A stretch of 43,269 nt of DNA from an uncultured Chloroflexota bacterium (GCA_964430115.1 CAYSEM010000002.1:1-43269); one strand, 5' to 3'; positions 17,130 to 26,114 are shown, counted from the stretch's first letter. Translations and numbers: made by a program. The notes: a model not told the origin generated them from the sequence alone.

Positions 17130-17900
17130 GTGTTTGCAACGCTCCTCTCGCCAGCAGACTTTTCACCCACACAGGAAGGTCGCATTGCAGCGGTCGCCGC
17201 GCTCGGAGGCCCATTCTTCACGACGAGCCTTGAAGAGCTTTCAGTGGCACGTGCCGCTGGGCTCCAGGGAGCGCTCGTCGTTGAAGACTCTGGCTCGCCT
17301 GAAATCCTCGCGGCTGTGACGGCGGCGTTGCAGACGGAGGCGGAGATCATTGCGATCCGTACAAACGCGTTGGCGCTGTCGGAAGCTGATCGAGCAGCAC
17401 AAATTGCTCGTCTCGCCGCGGCTCTCGCAGCGGGCGAGGGGAGGCATCGCATGCTGATCTGCGTTGATGCACCGCTCGCACCGATCAGCGGCGCAGAGTG
17501 GGGGGCACTGCCTGCAGAGAGCCTACTGATCGACCCGATCTCGGATCCAGATGCATGGCGTGCTGCGGCAAACCTCCCTGGTGATCGTGGCCTGATCCTT
17601 GCACTCGTTGGGTCTGCGGGAGATCCGATTGAGGCGCGTGAGGTGCTTCTCTGGGGTCTTCAATACGCCGCATCGCTTGGCGGCCGCGGTGGCGCGCGCG
17701 TTGGCTTCACCGAACGTCCCGCGAAGGTCAGGGGAGGGGGAGAACGCGCGGTGCACGCAGACCTCGCAGCGGCTACCCATCGCGCACTTGCGGATCTCTT
17801 GCGCCTCACCGCTGCAGATGCAGAGACCCTGAAGCGCGAACTTGATCCGCGCTCAATCAGCCCCGCCGCAACACACCTTGCAGCGCGAAAGCGAGAGTGA
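17130..17900 (+). CDS. Hypothetical protein (no family recognised)
   Basis: In-frame GTG 2 nt after the rhomboid stop. Ala/Leu-rich soluble protein. The track ORF start at 16998 would overlap the rhomboid gene by 130 nt. Confidence 0.6.
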   Translation: MFATLLSPADFSPTQEGRIAAVAALGGPFFTTSLEELSVARAAGLQGALVVEDSGSPEILAAVTAALQTEAEIIAIRTNALALSEADRAAQIARLAAALAAGEGRHRMLICVDAPLAPISGAEWGALPAESLLIDPISDPDAWRAAANLPGDRGLILALVGSAGDPIEAREVLLWGLQYAASLGGRGGARVGFTERPAKVRGGGERAVHADLAAATHRALADLLRLTAADAETLKRELDPRSISPAATHLAARKRE

Positions 17901-17903
17901 CCC

Positions 17904-18575
17904 ATGAGCGCTGAACTTCTCGTCCTACCAGCCGGGCCGCTCCGGACGAATGTTGCTCTGATCGGCGATCCCGCCCGACGTGAAGCGATCGTCATTGATC
18001 CTGCAATTCCATCACTCGCGGAGCTCGTTGCAGCGCTTGCTGAGCGCGAGTGGAAGCTTGTCCTGGCGCTGGCCACTCATGGCCATTGGGATCACATGGG
18101 GGAGCTCGCCGCACTTGCAGGGCATGTGCGCGCCCATGAGTCACGCGAACTCCCGATCGGATCGCATCCACTCGATCGACACCGACTAGAAGATCCTCGT
18201 CCGATGGCCGCACCATTTCCAATCCCTGCCGTGATCCCAACACGCGATCTCTCCGAGGGGGATCGCATTCGTGCGGGCGCAGTTAACCTCCTCGTGATGC
18301 ATACGCCCGGACACACCGAGGGGTCAATTTCTCTGCACGACGAGGAGGCTGGGATTCTCTACAGCGGCGACACGCTCTTTCAAGGTGCGTGGGGGCGAAC
18401 CGATCTGCCAGGTGGCGATGACGCAGCGATGATCGCCTCGCTCGACAGACTCGCAAGGCTCCCAGCCGAAACGCGCGTGATCCCTGGTCACGGTGCGGCG
18501 ACCACGATCGGCGACGAGCTCCCCTGGATCAGTGACGTTGTAGCGAGTGGACGACTGCAGGTCACACGCCCGTGA
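17904..18575 (+). CDS. MBL-fold metallo-hydrolase (glyoxalase II-like)
   Basis: THGHWDH metal-binding motif, HTPGHTEGS, GDTLF and IPGHG. Confidence 0.85.
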   Translation: MSAELLVLPAGPLRTNVALIGDPARREAIVIDPAIPSLAELVAALAEREWKLVLALATHGHWDHMGELAALAGHVRAHESRELPIGSHPLDRHRLEDPRPMAAPFPIPAVIPTRDLSEGDRIRAGAVNLLVMHTPGHTEGSISLHDEEAGILYSGDTLFQGAWGRTDLPGGDDAAMIASLDRLARLPAETRVIPGHGAATTIGDELPWISDVVASGRLQVTRP

Positions 18576-19300
18576 GTGAAGAGGCGGCGGCCCTCCGCGC
18601 CCTCGTAGCTGACGGGATCGCGGATGCGGAGTTTCTCGCGCATGCGTCACTCCTCGTTGATGCAGGAGTTCCGATCCTGATCTCCGGTCCATCTGACACG
18701 CTGACCACGCGGGTCGCCGACGCATTCGCACTCGCATCACCAGTCCCCGGTGCCGAGCAGAGTGGACGCGACATAGAGATCGAGAGCGGACACCACTTTG
18801 AGTGGCTTGCCGATCCAACGGGGATCGGCTGCATGGATCCGCTGGCTGGGAGTGCGCCGCGGAGCCCGCGCAGCAGTCGTCTGCGCATCCGAGGGCTCCT
18901 CGCTGGTCTTGACCCTCTGACGGCGCGTACCGCACTGCGCGCACTCGGTCGTGGCTTCCCCGCAATCAGTGAGGCGAGCGCCATTGATCTCGCCTCGCTG
19001 CTGGATCGGCTGCGCAGCGATCCACACCGCCTCCCAGAGGGGGATCTGCGTGGGCTCGGCCTGGTCGTGATTCTTGACGAGTCGCGACTTGTTGCTGCGC
19101 ACCTGCTTCATAAGGGTGAGGCAACCGAACGCCGCGCCCCAACGCTGCTTGCGGTCTGGGATGCGCGTGCACGCGCGTGGGATGACTTCGCCTGGGCGGC
19201 GGCGCCTGAAGCGGCCCAGCGATGCGGTTTCACCCAGCCCGAATACGAGTCGCGACGTCAGGAGCGCCTCGCGATCTTGCTGCAGGGCGAGCGTCAGTAG
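18572..19300 (+). CDS. Hypothetical protein, possibly a degenerate VirB11/CpaF-type ATPase core
   Basis: GTGA-coupled to the MBL gene. VPILISGPSDTLTTRVADAF aligns by eye to the ILISGxTGSGKTT Walker A region but has no Gly-Lys. The family assignment is my pattern recognition only. Confidence 0.6.
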   Translation: MSEEAAALRALVADGIADAEFLAHASLLVDAGVPILISGPSDTLTTRVADAFALASPVPGAEQSGRDIEIESGHHFEWLADPTGIGCMDPLAGSAPRSPRSSRLRIRGLLAGLDPLTARTALRALGRGFPAISEASAIDLASLLDRLRSDPHRLPEGDLRGLGLVVILDESRLVAAHLLHKGEATERRAPTLLAVWDARARAWDDFAWAAAPEAAQRCGFTQPEYESRRQERLAILLQGERQ

Positions 19301-19309
19301 AGGCTCGGC

Positions 19310-19315
19310 TATCCT
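19310..19315 (+). promoter_or_regulatory. Candidate -10 hexamer TATCCT, 6 nt upstream of the ATG at 19322 (leaderless)
   Basis: TATCCT, then GCAGTC, then ATG. No Shine-Dalgarno sequence. Confidence 0.4.
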
Positions 19316-19321
19316 GCAGTC

Positions 19322-20731
19322 ATGACGACGATCGCCTCTTCGCCACACGAACTTCTCGTGGCGCTGCGATCTTCGCTCAGCCTTGCACCCGACGGCACGC
19401 TGACGATTACCGATGCCGCTTTGATGCGCAGGGAGGGGGCAGCGGTCATCGCCTGGAGTGCTGCGTTCTCCGCAGATGAGGCGACGGTGAAGAGTGCGCA
19501 GTGGCTTGCCCGCAGTGCCGCCGCTGCCAGCGGAATCTATAGCGCCAGTGCGGCGCCGCTCTACGCGGCACGGGCGGCTGGAGCATACGAAGGACTCAGC
19601 GTTCCAGCGATCAACCTTCGGGCGCAGGTGTTTGACATGGCGCGCACTGCGCTCGAGTGCGCGTCGCGCATGAACGGGGCGGCGCTGATCTTTGAGCTGG
19701 CCCGCTCCGAGCAGACCTACACCTTTCAGCGACCCGTTGACTACGCCACGAGCATTTATGCTGCAGCAATTGCCGCCGGATGGCACGGCCCACTCTTCAT
19801 CCAGGGTGACCACTATCAATTCGTTGCAAAGAAGTACGCCGCCGATCCCGACGCGGTGGCGGCGGAGATTGCACGCGCCTGTCGCTTGGCGGTGGATGCG
19901 GGGTATCGAAACATTGATATCGATGCATCCACGCTCGTGGACCTCTCTCACCCAACCGTTGCTGCACAGCAGCGTGTGAACGTGGAGCGCAGCGCGGAGG
20001 CGGCGGCGCTGATTCGGTCAATTGAGCCGTCTGGAGTACAGATCAGCATTGGCGGAGAGATCGGTGAGGTTGGGACGAACAACTCCACCGAGGAAGAGTT
20101 GACCGCATATCTGGACGGCTTTGATGTGGAACTTGCGCGACTGCACCCTGGTGCACGAGGGCTAAGCAAGGTATCCGTTCAGACGGGAACGAGCCACGGT
20201 GGAATCCCGCTCCCTGGCGGTGGCGTTGCGGAGGTTGCGTTGGACTTTGGCGTGCTTGAACGGCTCGGCGTGCTCGCGCGAGCGCGCGGCCTTGCGGGTG
20301 TGGTTCAGCATGGCGCGTCCACGCTCCCAGAAAGCCTCTTCCACCGATTCCCAGAAGTTGGCACCGCGGAGGTGCACCTTGCAACTGGTTTCCAGAACAC
20401 CCTCTACGACCACCCCGCGTTCCCGAGCGAACTGCGCGCTGAGATCACCGCCTGGTTGATGGCGAACGCTGCGGATGAGGCGAAGCCTGGGGATAGCGAG
20501 GAGCAGTTCATCTATCGCACGCGAAAGAAGGCGCTCGGCCCCTTCAAGCGTCAACTCTGGGAGGTTGCCAGCAAGGCGGAGATCCTCGACACCCAGCGCG
20601 CTCGTTTCCACTCGCTCTTTACTCAGCTTGGTGTGACGGGCACACGCGAACTCGTAAGCACATGGGTGCCTGAGCTTCCAGATCCGCTCCCGCCGGCACC
20701 AGCCGAGCTCGTCAGCGCGGTGCGCGTCTAG
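19322..20731 (+). CDS. Class II (metal-dependent) fructose-/tagatose-bisphosphate aldolase-family protein, long form
   Basis: FIQGDHYQF, NIDIDAST, QTGTSHGG and VQHGAST match class II aldolase blocks. At 469 aa it is longer than canonical FbaA. Confidence 0.8.
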   Translation: MTTIASSPHELLVALRSSLSLAPDGTLTITDAALMRREGAAVIAWSAAFSADEATVKSAQWLARSAAAASGIYSASAAPLYAARAAGAYEGLSVPAINLRAQVFDMARTALECASRMNGAALIFELARSEQTYTFQRPVDYATSIYAAAIAAGWHGPLFIQGDHYQFVAKKYAADPDAVAAEIARACRLAVDAGYRNIDIDASTLVDLSHPTVAAQQRVNVERSAEAAALIRSIEPSGVQISIGGEIGEVGTNNSTEEELTAYLDGFDVELARLHPGARGLSKVSVQTGTSHGGIPLPGGGVAEVALDFGVLERLGVLARARGLAGVVQHGASTLPESLFHRFPEVGTAEVHLATGFQNTLYDHPAFPSELRAEITAWLMANAADEAKPGDSEEQFIYRTRKKALGPFKRQLWEVASKAEILDTQRARFHSLFTQLGVTGTRELVSTWVPELPDPLPPAPAELVSAVRV

Positions 20732-22065
20732 CTGCGCTTCACTCCAGCTGCGTCGAGCGACTCCTCAAGGATCTTCAGCGCCAGATCTACCTCTTCCGCC
20801 GTGGTTACCAGTGGCGGAATAATGCGAATGACCTGGGCGTAGGCTCCCGCGGAGAGGAGGAGCATCTTCCGCTTGTTCGCCTCGGCAATGACGCGCTTCA
20901 CTGCGTCCGGATCTGGGGCTCGCCCGTCGCCTTCGCCCGGCTTCACGAATTCAAAGGCGAGCATCAGTCCAAGTCCACGAACGTCACCGATCCCGCTCCG
21001 TCCGACCGCGATCTTCTTCATGCCGGCGAGCATCTGCGCACCGCGCGTCGCCGCGTTCTCAACGAGCTTCTCGTCCTCAATGACGTCAAGTGTGGCGAGC
21101 GCTGCGGCACACGCGATCACGTTGCCACCGTACGTTCCGCCATGCGTCCCTGGCGCCCAGCTCTCAAGGAGCTCCTTGCGCGCGATGAGACCGGAGAGGG
21201 GGAGACCAGACGCGATCCCCTTGGCCATCACCAGGATGTCTGGCTCCACGTTCTGGTGCTGCACGGCGAACATCTTCCCCGTGCGACCAAAACCTGTCTG
21301 CACTTCGTCTGCAATCAACAGGATCCCGAGTTCGCGGGTGAGTTCGCGCAGACGGGGGAGGAAGCCTGCGGGTGGAACGACGTATCCCCCTTCGCCGAGC
21401 ACCGGCTCCACGATGACGGCGGCGACATCCTCTGCGTTGGCCAGCGTGTGCAGCGTGAGCTCCCACTCCTCTTCCCATCGGCAGCTGCAACCGGCGCATG
21501 CACCGCCGCTCCCTGGCGCACTTGCGTCACGTGCGGCAACTGGTGCGCGATAGCAGTATGGGAATGCGGTCGGATAGACAGAGCCGGGGAGAGGCTCAAA
21601 GTGTCCGCGATAGACGTTCTTCGCCGTGGTCATCGCCATCGTCTGCGCCGTGCGGCCGTGATATCCGCCGCGGAAGACAAGGATCACGCGTCGTTTGGTG
21701 GCCCGGCGCGCCAGCTTGACCGCCGCCTCCACGGCTTCGCTCCCTGAGTTGGAGAGGAAGACGCCCCACGGGCCACCTGGGAGGACCTTGCTCAGTCGTT
21801 CGTGCAGTCGGAGGCCGGGCTCGTGATAGACGATGTTCTGCTGGCCGTGAATCAGCTTGGTCGCCTGCTCGGCAATCGCCGCCGCAACCTTCGGATGTGC
21901 GTGGCCAGTGTTCACCACGCCGATCCCCGAGGTGTAGTCGAGCCAACGCTCACCAGCGCGATCGATGAGCCACGCACCTTCGCCGCGCTCCACATCTACG
22001 TTCGCAGCCCTGCCCCAGACGGTGGAGATGACCTCGTGTCCTGGGATCGGCTTCGCGCTGCTCAT
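20728..22065 (-). CDS. Class III PLP-dependent aminotransferase (GABA/putrescine aminotransferase-like)
   Basis: SGSEAVEAAVKLAR, DEVQTGFGRTG and the PLP-lysine region DILVMAKGIASGLPL. ATGA-coupled to the upstream permease gene. Confidence 0.9.
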   Translation of the reverse strand: MSSAKPIPGHEVISTVWGRAANVDVERGEGAWLIDRAGERWLDYTSGIGVVNTGHAHPKVAAAIAEQATKLIHGQQNIVYHEPGLRLHERLSKVLPGGPWGVFLSNSGSEAVEAAVKLARRATKRRVILVFRGGYHGRTAQTMAMTTAKNVYRGHFEPLPGSVYPTAFPYCYRAPVAARDASAPGSGGACAGCSCRWEEEWELTLHTLANAEDVAAVIVEPVLGEGGYVVPPAGFLPRLRELTRELGILLIADEVQTGFGRTGKMFAVQHQNVEPDILVMAKGIASGLPLSGLIARKELLESWAPGTHGGTYGGNVIACAAALATLDVIEDEKLVENAATRGAQMLAGMKKIAVGRSGIGDVRGLGLMLAFEFVKPGEGDGRAPDPDAVKRVIAEANKRKMLLLSAGAYAQVIRIIPPLVTTAEEVDLALKILEESLDAAGVKRS

Positions 22066-22874
22066 GGCTTCAGGTTAGCGCGACGCCGCTGCAGGAGTGC
22101 GCCAATGGCTACCAGTGAAACGGTGGCCACAAAGAAGAGGGTGGCGAAGGCGTTCACCTGCGGCGGGATCCCCTTCTGCACCTTCAGGTAGATGTAGACG
22201 GGGAAGGTCTGCACCTGCCCAGCGTTGAAGCGCGTGATCACGAAGTCATCCAGCGAGAGGCCGAAGGCCAAGACGGCGCTCGCGGCGATCCCCGGAAGAA
22301 TCAGCGGAAAGGTCACCTTCCAGAAGGTCTGCCATGGGGTTGCACCAAGGTCGGCCGCCGCCTCTTCAAGGCGCATGTCGAACCCGGAGAGGCGAGCCTT
22401 CATGGTCACCACCACATAGCTCACGTTGAACATCACGTGCGCAAGGATCAGCGTCAGTTCGCCGAGCGGAATCTGCAGGGTGACAAAGAGGGTGAGGAGC
22501 GAAGCGCCGAGCACGATCTCTGGCGTGGCGAGCGGAAGGAAGACAAAGAGGTCAATCGCCTTCCGGAAGCGGAAGCGATACCGCACCAGGGCCATCGCCA
22601 TGAGCGTGCCGATGGTCGTAGCGATAATCGTTGAGACGAGAGCGATTCGTAGTGAAGTTCCAACCGCCTTGACGAGCGTGGGGTCACGGAAGAGCGTTAA
22701 CCAGTTGTCAAAGGTGAACGAGGACCACGAGTAGTTGGATCGGCCGACAGGGTCATTGAAGCTGAAGAGGGCAACCATGAAGATTGGAAGGAGCAGATAG
22801 ACAAGGGCCAGTGCTGCGTAGACCACGAGGATCCTCGAGACGACCGCAGATGCTATTCGATGCGCGATCCACAT
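22062..22874 (-). CDS. potC: Polyamine ABC transporter permease (PotC-like)
   Basis: Six-TM binding-protein-dependent permease containing the EAAxDLGA motif (EEAAADLGATPWQTFWKVTFP). Confidence 0.85.
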   Translation of the reverse strand: MWIAHRIASAVVSRILVVYAALALVYLLLPIFMVALFSFNDPVGRSNYSWSSFTFDNWLTLFRDPTLVKAVGTSLRIALVSTIIATTIGTLMAMALVRYRFRFRKAIDLFVFLPLATPEIVLGASLLTLFVTLQIPLGELTLILAHVMFNVSYVVVTMKARLSGFDMRLEEAAADLGATPWQTFWKVTFPLILPGIAASAVLAFGLSLDDFVITRFNAGQVQTFPVYIYLKVQKGIPPQVNAFATLFFVATVSLVAIGALLQRRRANLKP

Positions 22875-23743
22875 CAGATTGCCTTTGAGGTGAGTTCGTC
22901 AGTGCCGAGGAGACGTCCGTAGAGTGCAACCCCCGCGAGGATTAGCACCATCAACATGAAGCTCAGTGCTGCGGCGGTGGGGTAATCGCGCACAACAAGG
23001 AACTGTCGCTGGATCACGTTGCCGATCATGGCGGTACTTGGATTGCCGAGCAACTCCGCGTTGATGAAGTCACCGATTGCAGGAATGAAGGTCAAGAGCG
23101 AACCCGCGAAGATTCCAGGAATAGCAAGCGGTAGGGTGATGCGTCGGAATGCACCCCAACTACTTGCATAGAGATCCTGGGCCGCCTCAAGGAGGCGGCG
23201 GTCGATCTTCTCAAGGGACACGTAGATGGGGAGGATCATGAAGGGGATGAAGTTGTAGGCGATCCCAGCGACAACCGAGAAGGGGGTGTCGAGGATGCGG
23301 GCCGAAGGATCTATAAGACCGAGGGCTTTAAGCGGTCCCAGTACGACTGAGTCGTCGCCCAGGATGGTGCGCCAGCCAATCGTCCTCAGCAAGTAAGACG
23401 TAAAGAAGGGGGCGACAACAAGGAAAAGGAGGATGCTTCGTGCCCGCCCCGCCTTGAAGGCGATGTAGTAGGCGAGCGGGAAGGCAATGGAAAAGCAGAG
23501 CAGTGTTGCAGCGAAGCCGTATTGGATTGAGCGGACGTATTGCTCCTGGTAAGTGCTAAGGGCGTTTGGATAGTTGACCCAATTCGAGAAGCTGAAGCTG
23601 AAGCCGGTCTCCAGAGTTCCGTTCCAGAAGCTCGATGCGAACATCTGTAGGTTCGGTGCGAGATAGAACGAGCCGAGCCACGCAAGGCCTGGTACGAGTA
23701 AAAGTGCGGGGACGAGCGCTGGGTGGCTACGTAGAAGCCTCAT
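22874..23743 (-). CDS. potB: Polyamine ABC transporter permease (PotB-like)
   Basis: EAAQDLYASSWGAFRRITLP motif. I prefer the ATG at 23743 (MRLLRSHPALV, GAGGG about 9 nt upstream) to the track TTG at 23761. Confidence 0.85.
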   Translation of the reverse strand: MRLLRSHPALVPALLLVPGLAWLGSFYLAPNLQMFASSFWNGTLETGFSFSFSNWVNYPNALSTYQEQYVRSIQYGFAATLLCFSIAFPLAYYIAFKAGRARSILLFLVVAPFFTSYLLRTIGWRTILGDDSVVLGPLKALGLIDPSARILDTPFSVVAGIAYNFIPFMILPIYVSLEKIDRRLLEAAQDLYASSWGAFRRITLPLAIPGIFAGSLLTFIPAIGDFINAELLGNPSTAMIGNVIQRQFLVVRDYPTAAALSFMLMVLILAGVALYGRLLGTDELTSKAI

Positions 23744-23769
23744 GCGCTCGCCCTCACGCAATCTCGGGA

Positions 23770-24966
23770 TTACGAGTCGACGCCTTCGACGAATGCGCTG
23801 AACTGCTCGTCGAAGTACGCCTGTTCGTCTGCGGAAACCTCACCCCAAACCTTCAAACGCCCCTTGGTTGCCTCATCAGGGAAGATCAGCGGGTTCGTGG
23901 CGAGTGCGGGATCAATCTTGGTGATCTCTTCCGCTGCACCCTTCACGGGGCAAATGTACTGGACATACGCTTCGACGATCGCCGCAATCTCCGGGCGGTA
24001 GTAGAAGTCAATCCAGAGCTCCGCAGTGTACTTGTGCTTCGCCCCTTTCGGAATGAGCATATTGTCCGTGGCATACATTCCGCCTTCATCTGGAACTACG
24101 AAGGCGAGCTCTGGCTTACCTGCTTGGATGATTCCAACGTCACCTGACCAGGCAATCGCCGCGAATGCACTCTCCTCCTCCAGCAAAACGGTGTACGAGT
24201 TGCCGGAGAGCTTGCGGATCTGCCCCAAATCTACCTGATTACTCAGCGTCTCCAAGGCGGCGTCGAAGGTTGCGCGTGTAGGCGTCGCTGGATCGTCGCC
24301 GTTTCCGAGCATGACGAGCCCGACGGTATCGCGGAGCTCGGTCAGCAGAGCGACCTTCCCCTTGAGTGCAGGATTCCAGAGCCCATTGACCGTGCTGAAC
24401 GATGAAGTTTTCGCCGTATTGATACCGAGTCCGGTCATTAGTGATTGCCAAGGCGCGAGATAGTCGTTGGTTGGATCTGCCGTGCGACCCTTGAACTCAT
24501 CCGCCAGATTTGCGACAAAGTTCGGCATGTGTGATTTGTCAAACTTCTCGGCCCAGCCAAGATCGACGATCTTCTTCGCCATCCAGGTTGTCGGCGTGAT
24601 GATGTCCCAACCGGGGTCTTGGCCTGCCTCAAGAGGCGCCTTAATTGTTCCGAAGAAGGTGTCGTTGTCGTCGATTGACTCCTGATACTCGATCCTCGTC
24701 CCGTACTCCGCCTGGAAGCGTCGAAGGCTTTCCGAAGTGTCGGCGGTGGCGGTATCGACACCATCATCAACGTCAATGTAGTACGGCCAATTTGCGAAAT
24801 TCAAGATCTCGCTTGGCGTCTCGTCTCCACCAGCCGATGCACTCGGTGCCGTCGAGCTCCCCGAAGTACCGCATGCGGCGAGGAAGGCGGCTGCGCCAGC
24901 GACGGCACCCGCCTTGAGGAGCGTTCTCCGATCGAGTTCAGTTCCGAACTTCTTCTCCGCGTCCAT
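23770..24966 (-). CDS. potD: Polyamine (spermidine/putrescine) ABC transporter substrate-binding lipoprotein (PotD/PotF-like)
   Basis: Twin-arginine-like RRTLLKAGAVAGAAAFLAAC with a lipobox. Sits between the ATPase and permease genes and has PotD-like length. Confidence 0.85.
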   Translation of the reverse strand: MDAEKKFGTELDRRTLLKAGAVAGAAAFLAACGTSGSSTAPSASAGGDETPSEILNFANWPYYIDVDDGVDTATADTSESLRRFQAEYGTRIEYQESIDDNDTFFGTIKAPLEAGQDPGWDIITPTTWMAKKIVDLGWAEKFDKSHMPNFVANLADEFKGRTADPTNDYLAPWQSLMTGLGINTAKTSSFSTVNGLWNPALKGKVALLTELRDTVGLVMLGNGDDPATPTRATFDAALETLSNQVDLGQIRKLSGNSYTVLLEEESAFAAIAWSGDVGIIQAGKPELAFVVPDEGGMYATDNMLIPKGAKHKYTAELWIDFYYRPEIAAIVEAYVQYICPVKGAAEEITKIDPALATNPLIFPDEATKGRLKVWGEVSADEQAYFDEQFSAFVEGVDS

Positions 24967-24986
24967 CCGTTACCCCCTTCTGCGCC

Positions 24987-26114
24987 TTACGCGCCTGCGG
25001 CATCGCCAACGACGAAGCCATTTTCCGGTTTCCATGTGAGTGTGACACTCTCGCCGGGTCGCCACGTGTCGTTGCGCGTGGTGCGATCCCTGTTCTGCTC
25101 GCTTACGAGCAGGCGCAGGCCGCCCTTCCCCTCCACAACGTACTGGGTGATCACGCCGAGGTAGCTGGTGTCCACGACCGTCCCCTCGAGGGCGTTCCCC
25201 TTTGACTCCTGGCCCGGCTCGAGCAGCGTGAGCTTCTCTGGGCGCACACCGATCGCACCGCTGCTACCAATGTCGCCAAGGCTCTTCGGTGCGCGCACTA
25301 CCGCTCCCGAAGGGAGCGTGACCGTCCAGAAATCAGCATCGCTCCCGATCTTCCCCTCCAGAAGATTGCTTGCCCCTACGAAGCCAGCCACGAATCGAGT
25401 GGAGGGGCGCTCATAGAGTGTCTCTGGTCCCGCGAGCTGCTCATAGCGGCCTTTGTTCATGACGGCGATACGGTCAGACATCGTCATCGCCTCCTCTTGG
25501 TCATGCGTGACGTAGATAAAGGTGATCCCGACCTCACGCTGGATGCGCTTCAACTCAATGCCCATCTGCTTTCGCAGCTTGAGGTCGAGTGCGCCGAGCG
25601 GCTCATCAAGGAGAAGTACGGCTGGCTCATTCACGAGCGCGCGGGCGAGAGCGACGCGCTGTGCTTGACCCCCTGAGAGTTGTGCAGGGATTCGCTTCTC
25701 AAAGCCAACGAGCTGCACGAGCTCCATCGCCTCGCCAACACGGCGCTTGATCTCGTCTCCCTTGATCCCCGAGCGCCGCAGTCCGAACGCAACGTTCTCG
25801 TAGATCGTGAGGTGCGGGAAGAGTGCGTAGCTCTGGAAGACGGTGTTGACGTCCCGCTCATGCGCAGGCAGGAAGGTCACATCAACACCCTTGAGTTCGA
25901 TGAGCCCACTGGTCGGCTGTTCGAAGCCGCCGATCATGCGCAGCGTCGTGGTCTTGCCACAACCGGATGGCCCGAGCAGGGTGAAGAACTCGCCGTCGCT
26001 CACGTCGAGCGTGATCGCGTCGACCGCGATCGCATCCCCGAACTTCTTGGTCACGTTGACCAGCCGGACGTCGACTTCTGCCACCCTCGGGTTCACCTCC
26101 ACAGTGCGCTCCAC
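24987..26114 (-). CDS. potA: Polyamine ABC transporter ATP-binding protein (PotA-like)
   Basis: Walker A GPSGCGKTT, signature LSGGQAQRVALARAL, Walker B LLLDEPLGALD, and a C-terminal TOBE-like domain. GTG start with GAGGAG upstream. Confidence 0.9.
   Translation of the reverse strand: MERTVEVNPRVAEVDVRLVNVTKKFGDAIAVDAITLDVSDGEFFTLLGPSGCGKTTTLRMIGGFEQPTSGLIELKGVDVTFLPAHERDVNTVFQSYALFPHLTIYENVAFGLRRSGIKGDEIKRRVGEAMELVQLVGFEKRIPAQLSGGQAQRVALARALVNEPAVLLLDEPLGALDLKLRKQMGIELKRIQREVGITFIYVTHDQEEAMTMSDRIAVMNKGRYEQLAGPETLYERPSTRFVAGFVGASNLLEGKIGSDADFWTVTLPSGAVVRAPKSLGDIGSSGAIGVRPEKLTLLEPGQESKGNALEGTVVDTSYLGVITQYVVEGKGGLRLLVSEQNRDRTTRNDTWRPGESVTLTWKPENGFVVGDAAGA

Noticed and set aside
18737-19951. 404-aa minus-strand ORF spanning the 18572-19300 gene, the intergenic region and the aldolase 5' end
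   Set aside because: Arg/Cys-rich nonsense-like composition. It overlaps the aldolase catalytic blocks on the other strand. No ribosome-binding site or promoter-like context.
23744-23761. TTG at 23761 as the potB start
   Set aside because: The ATG at 23743 has a GAGGG ribosome-binding site at good spacing and gives a typical PotB N-terminus.
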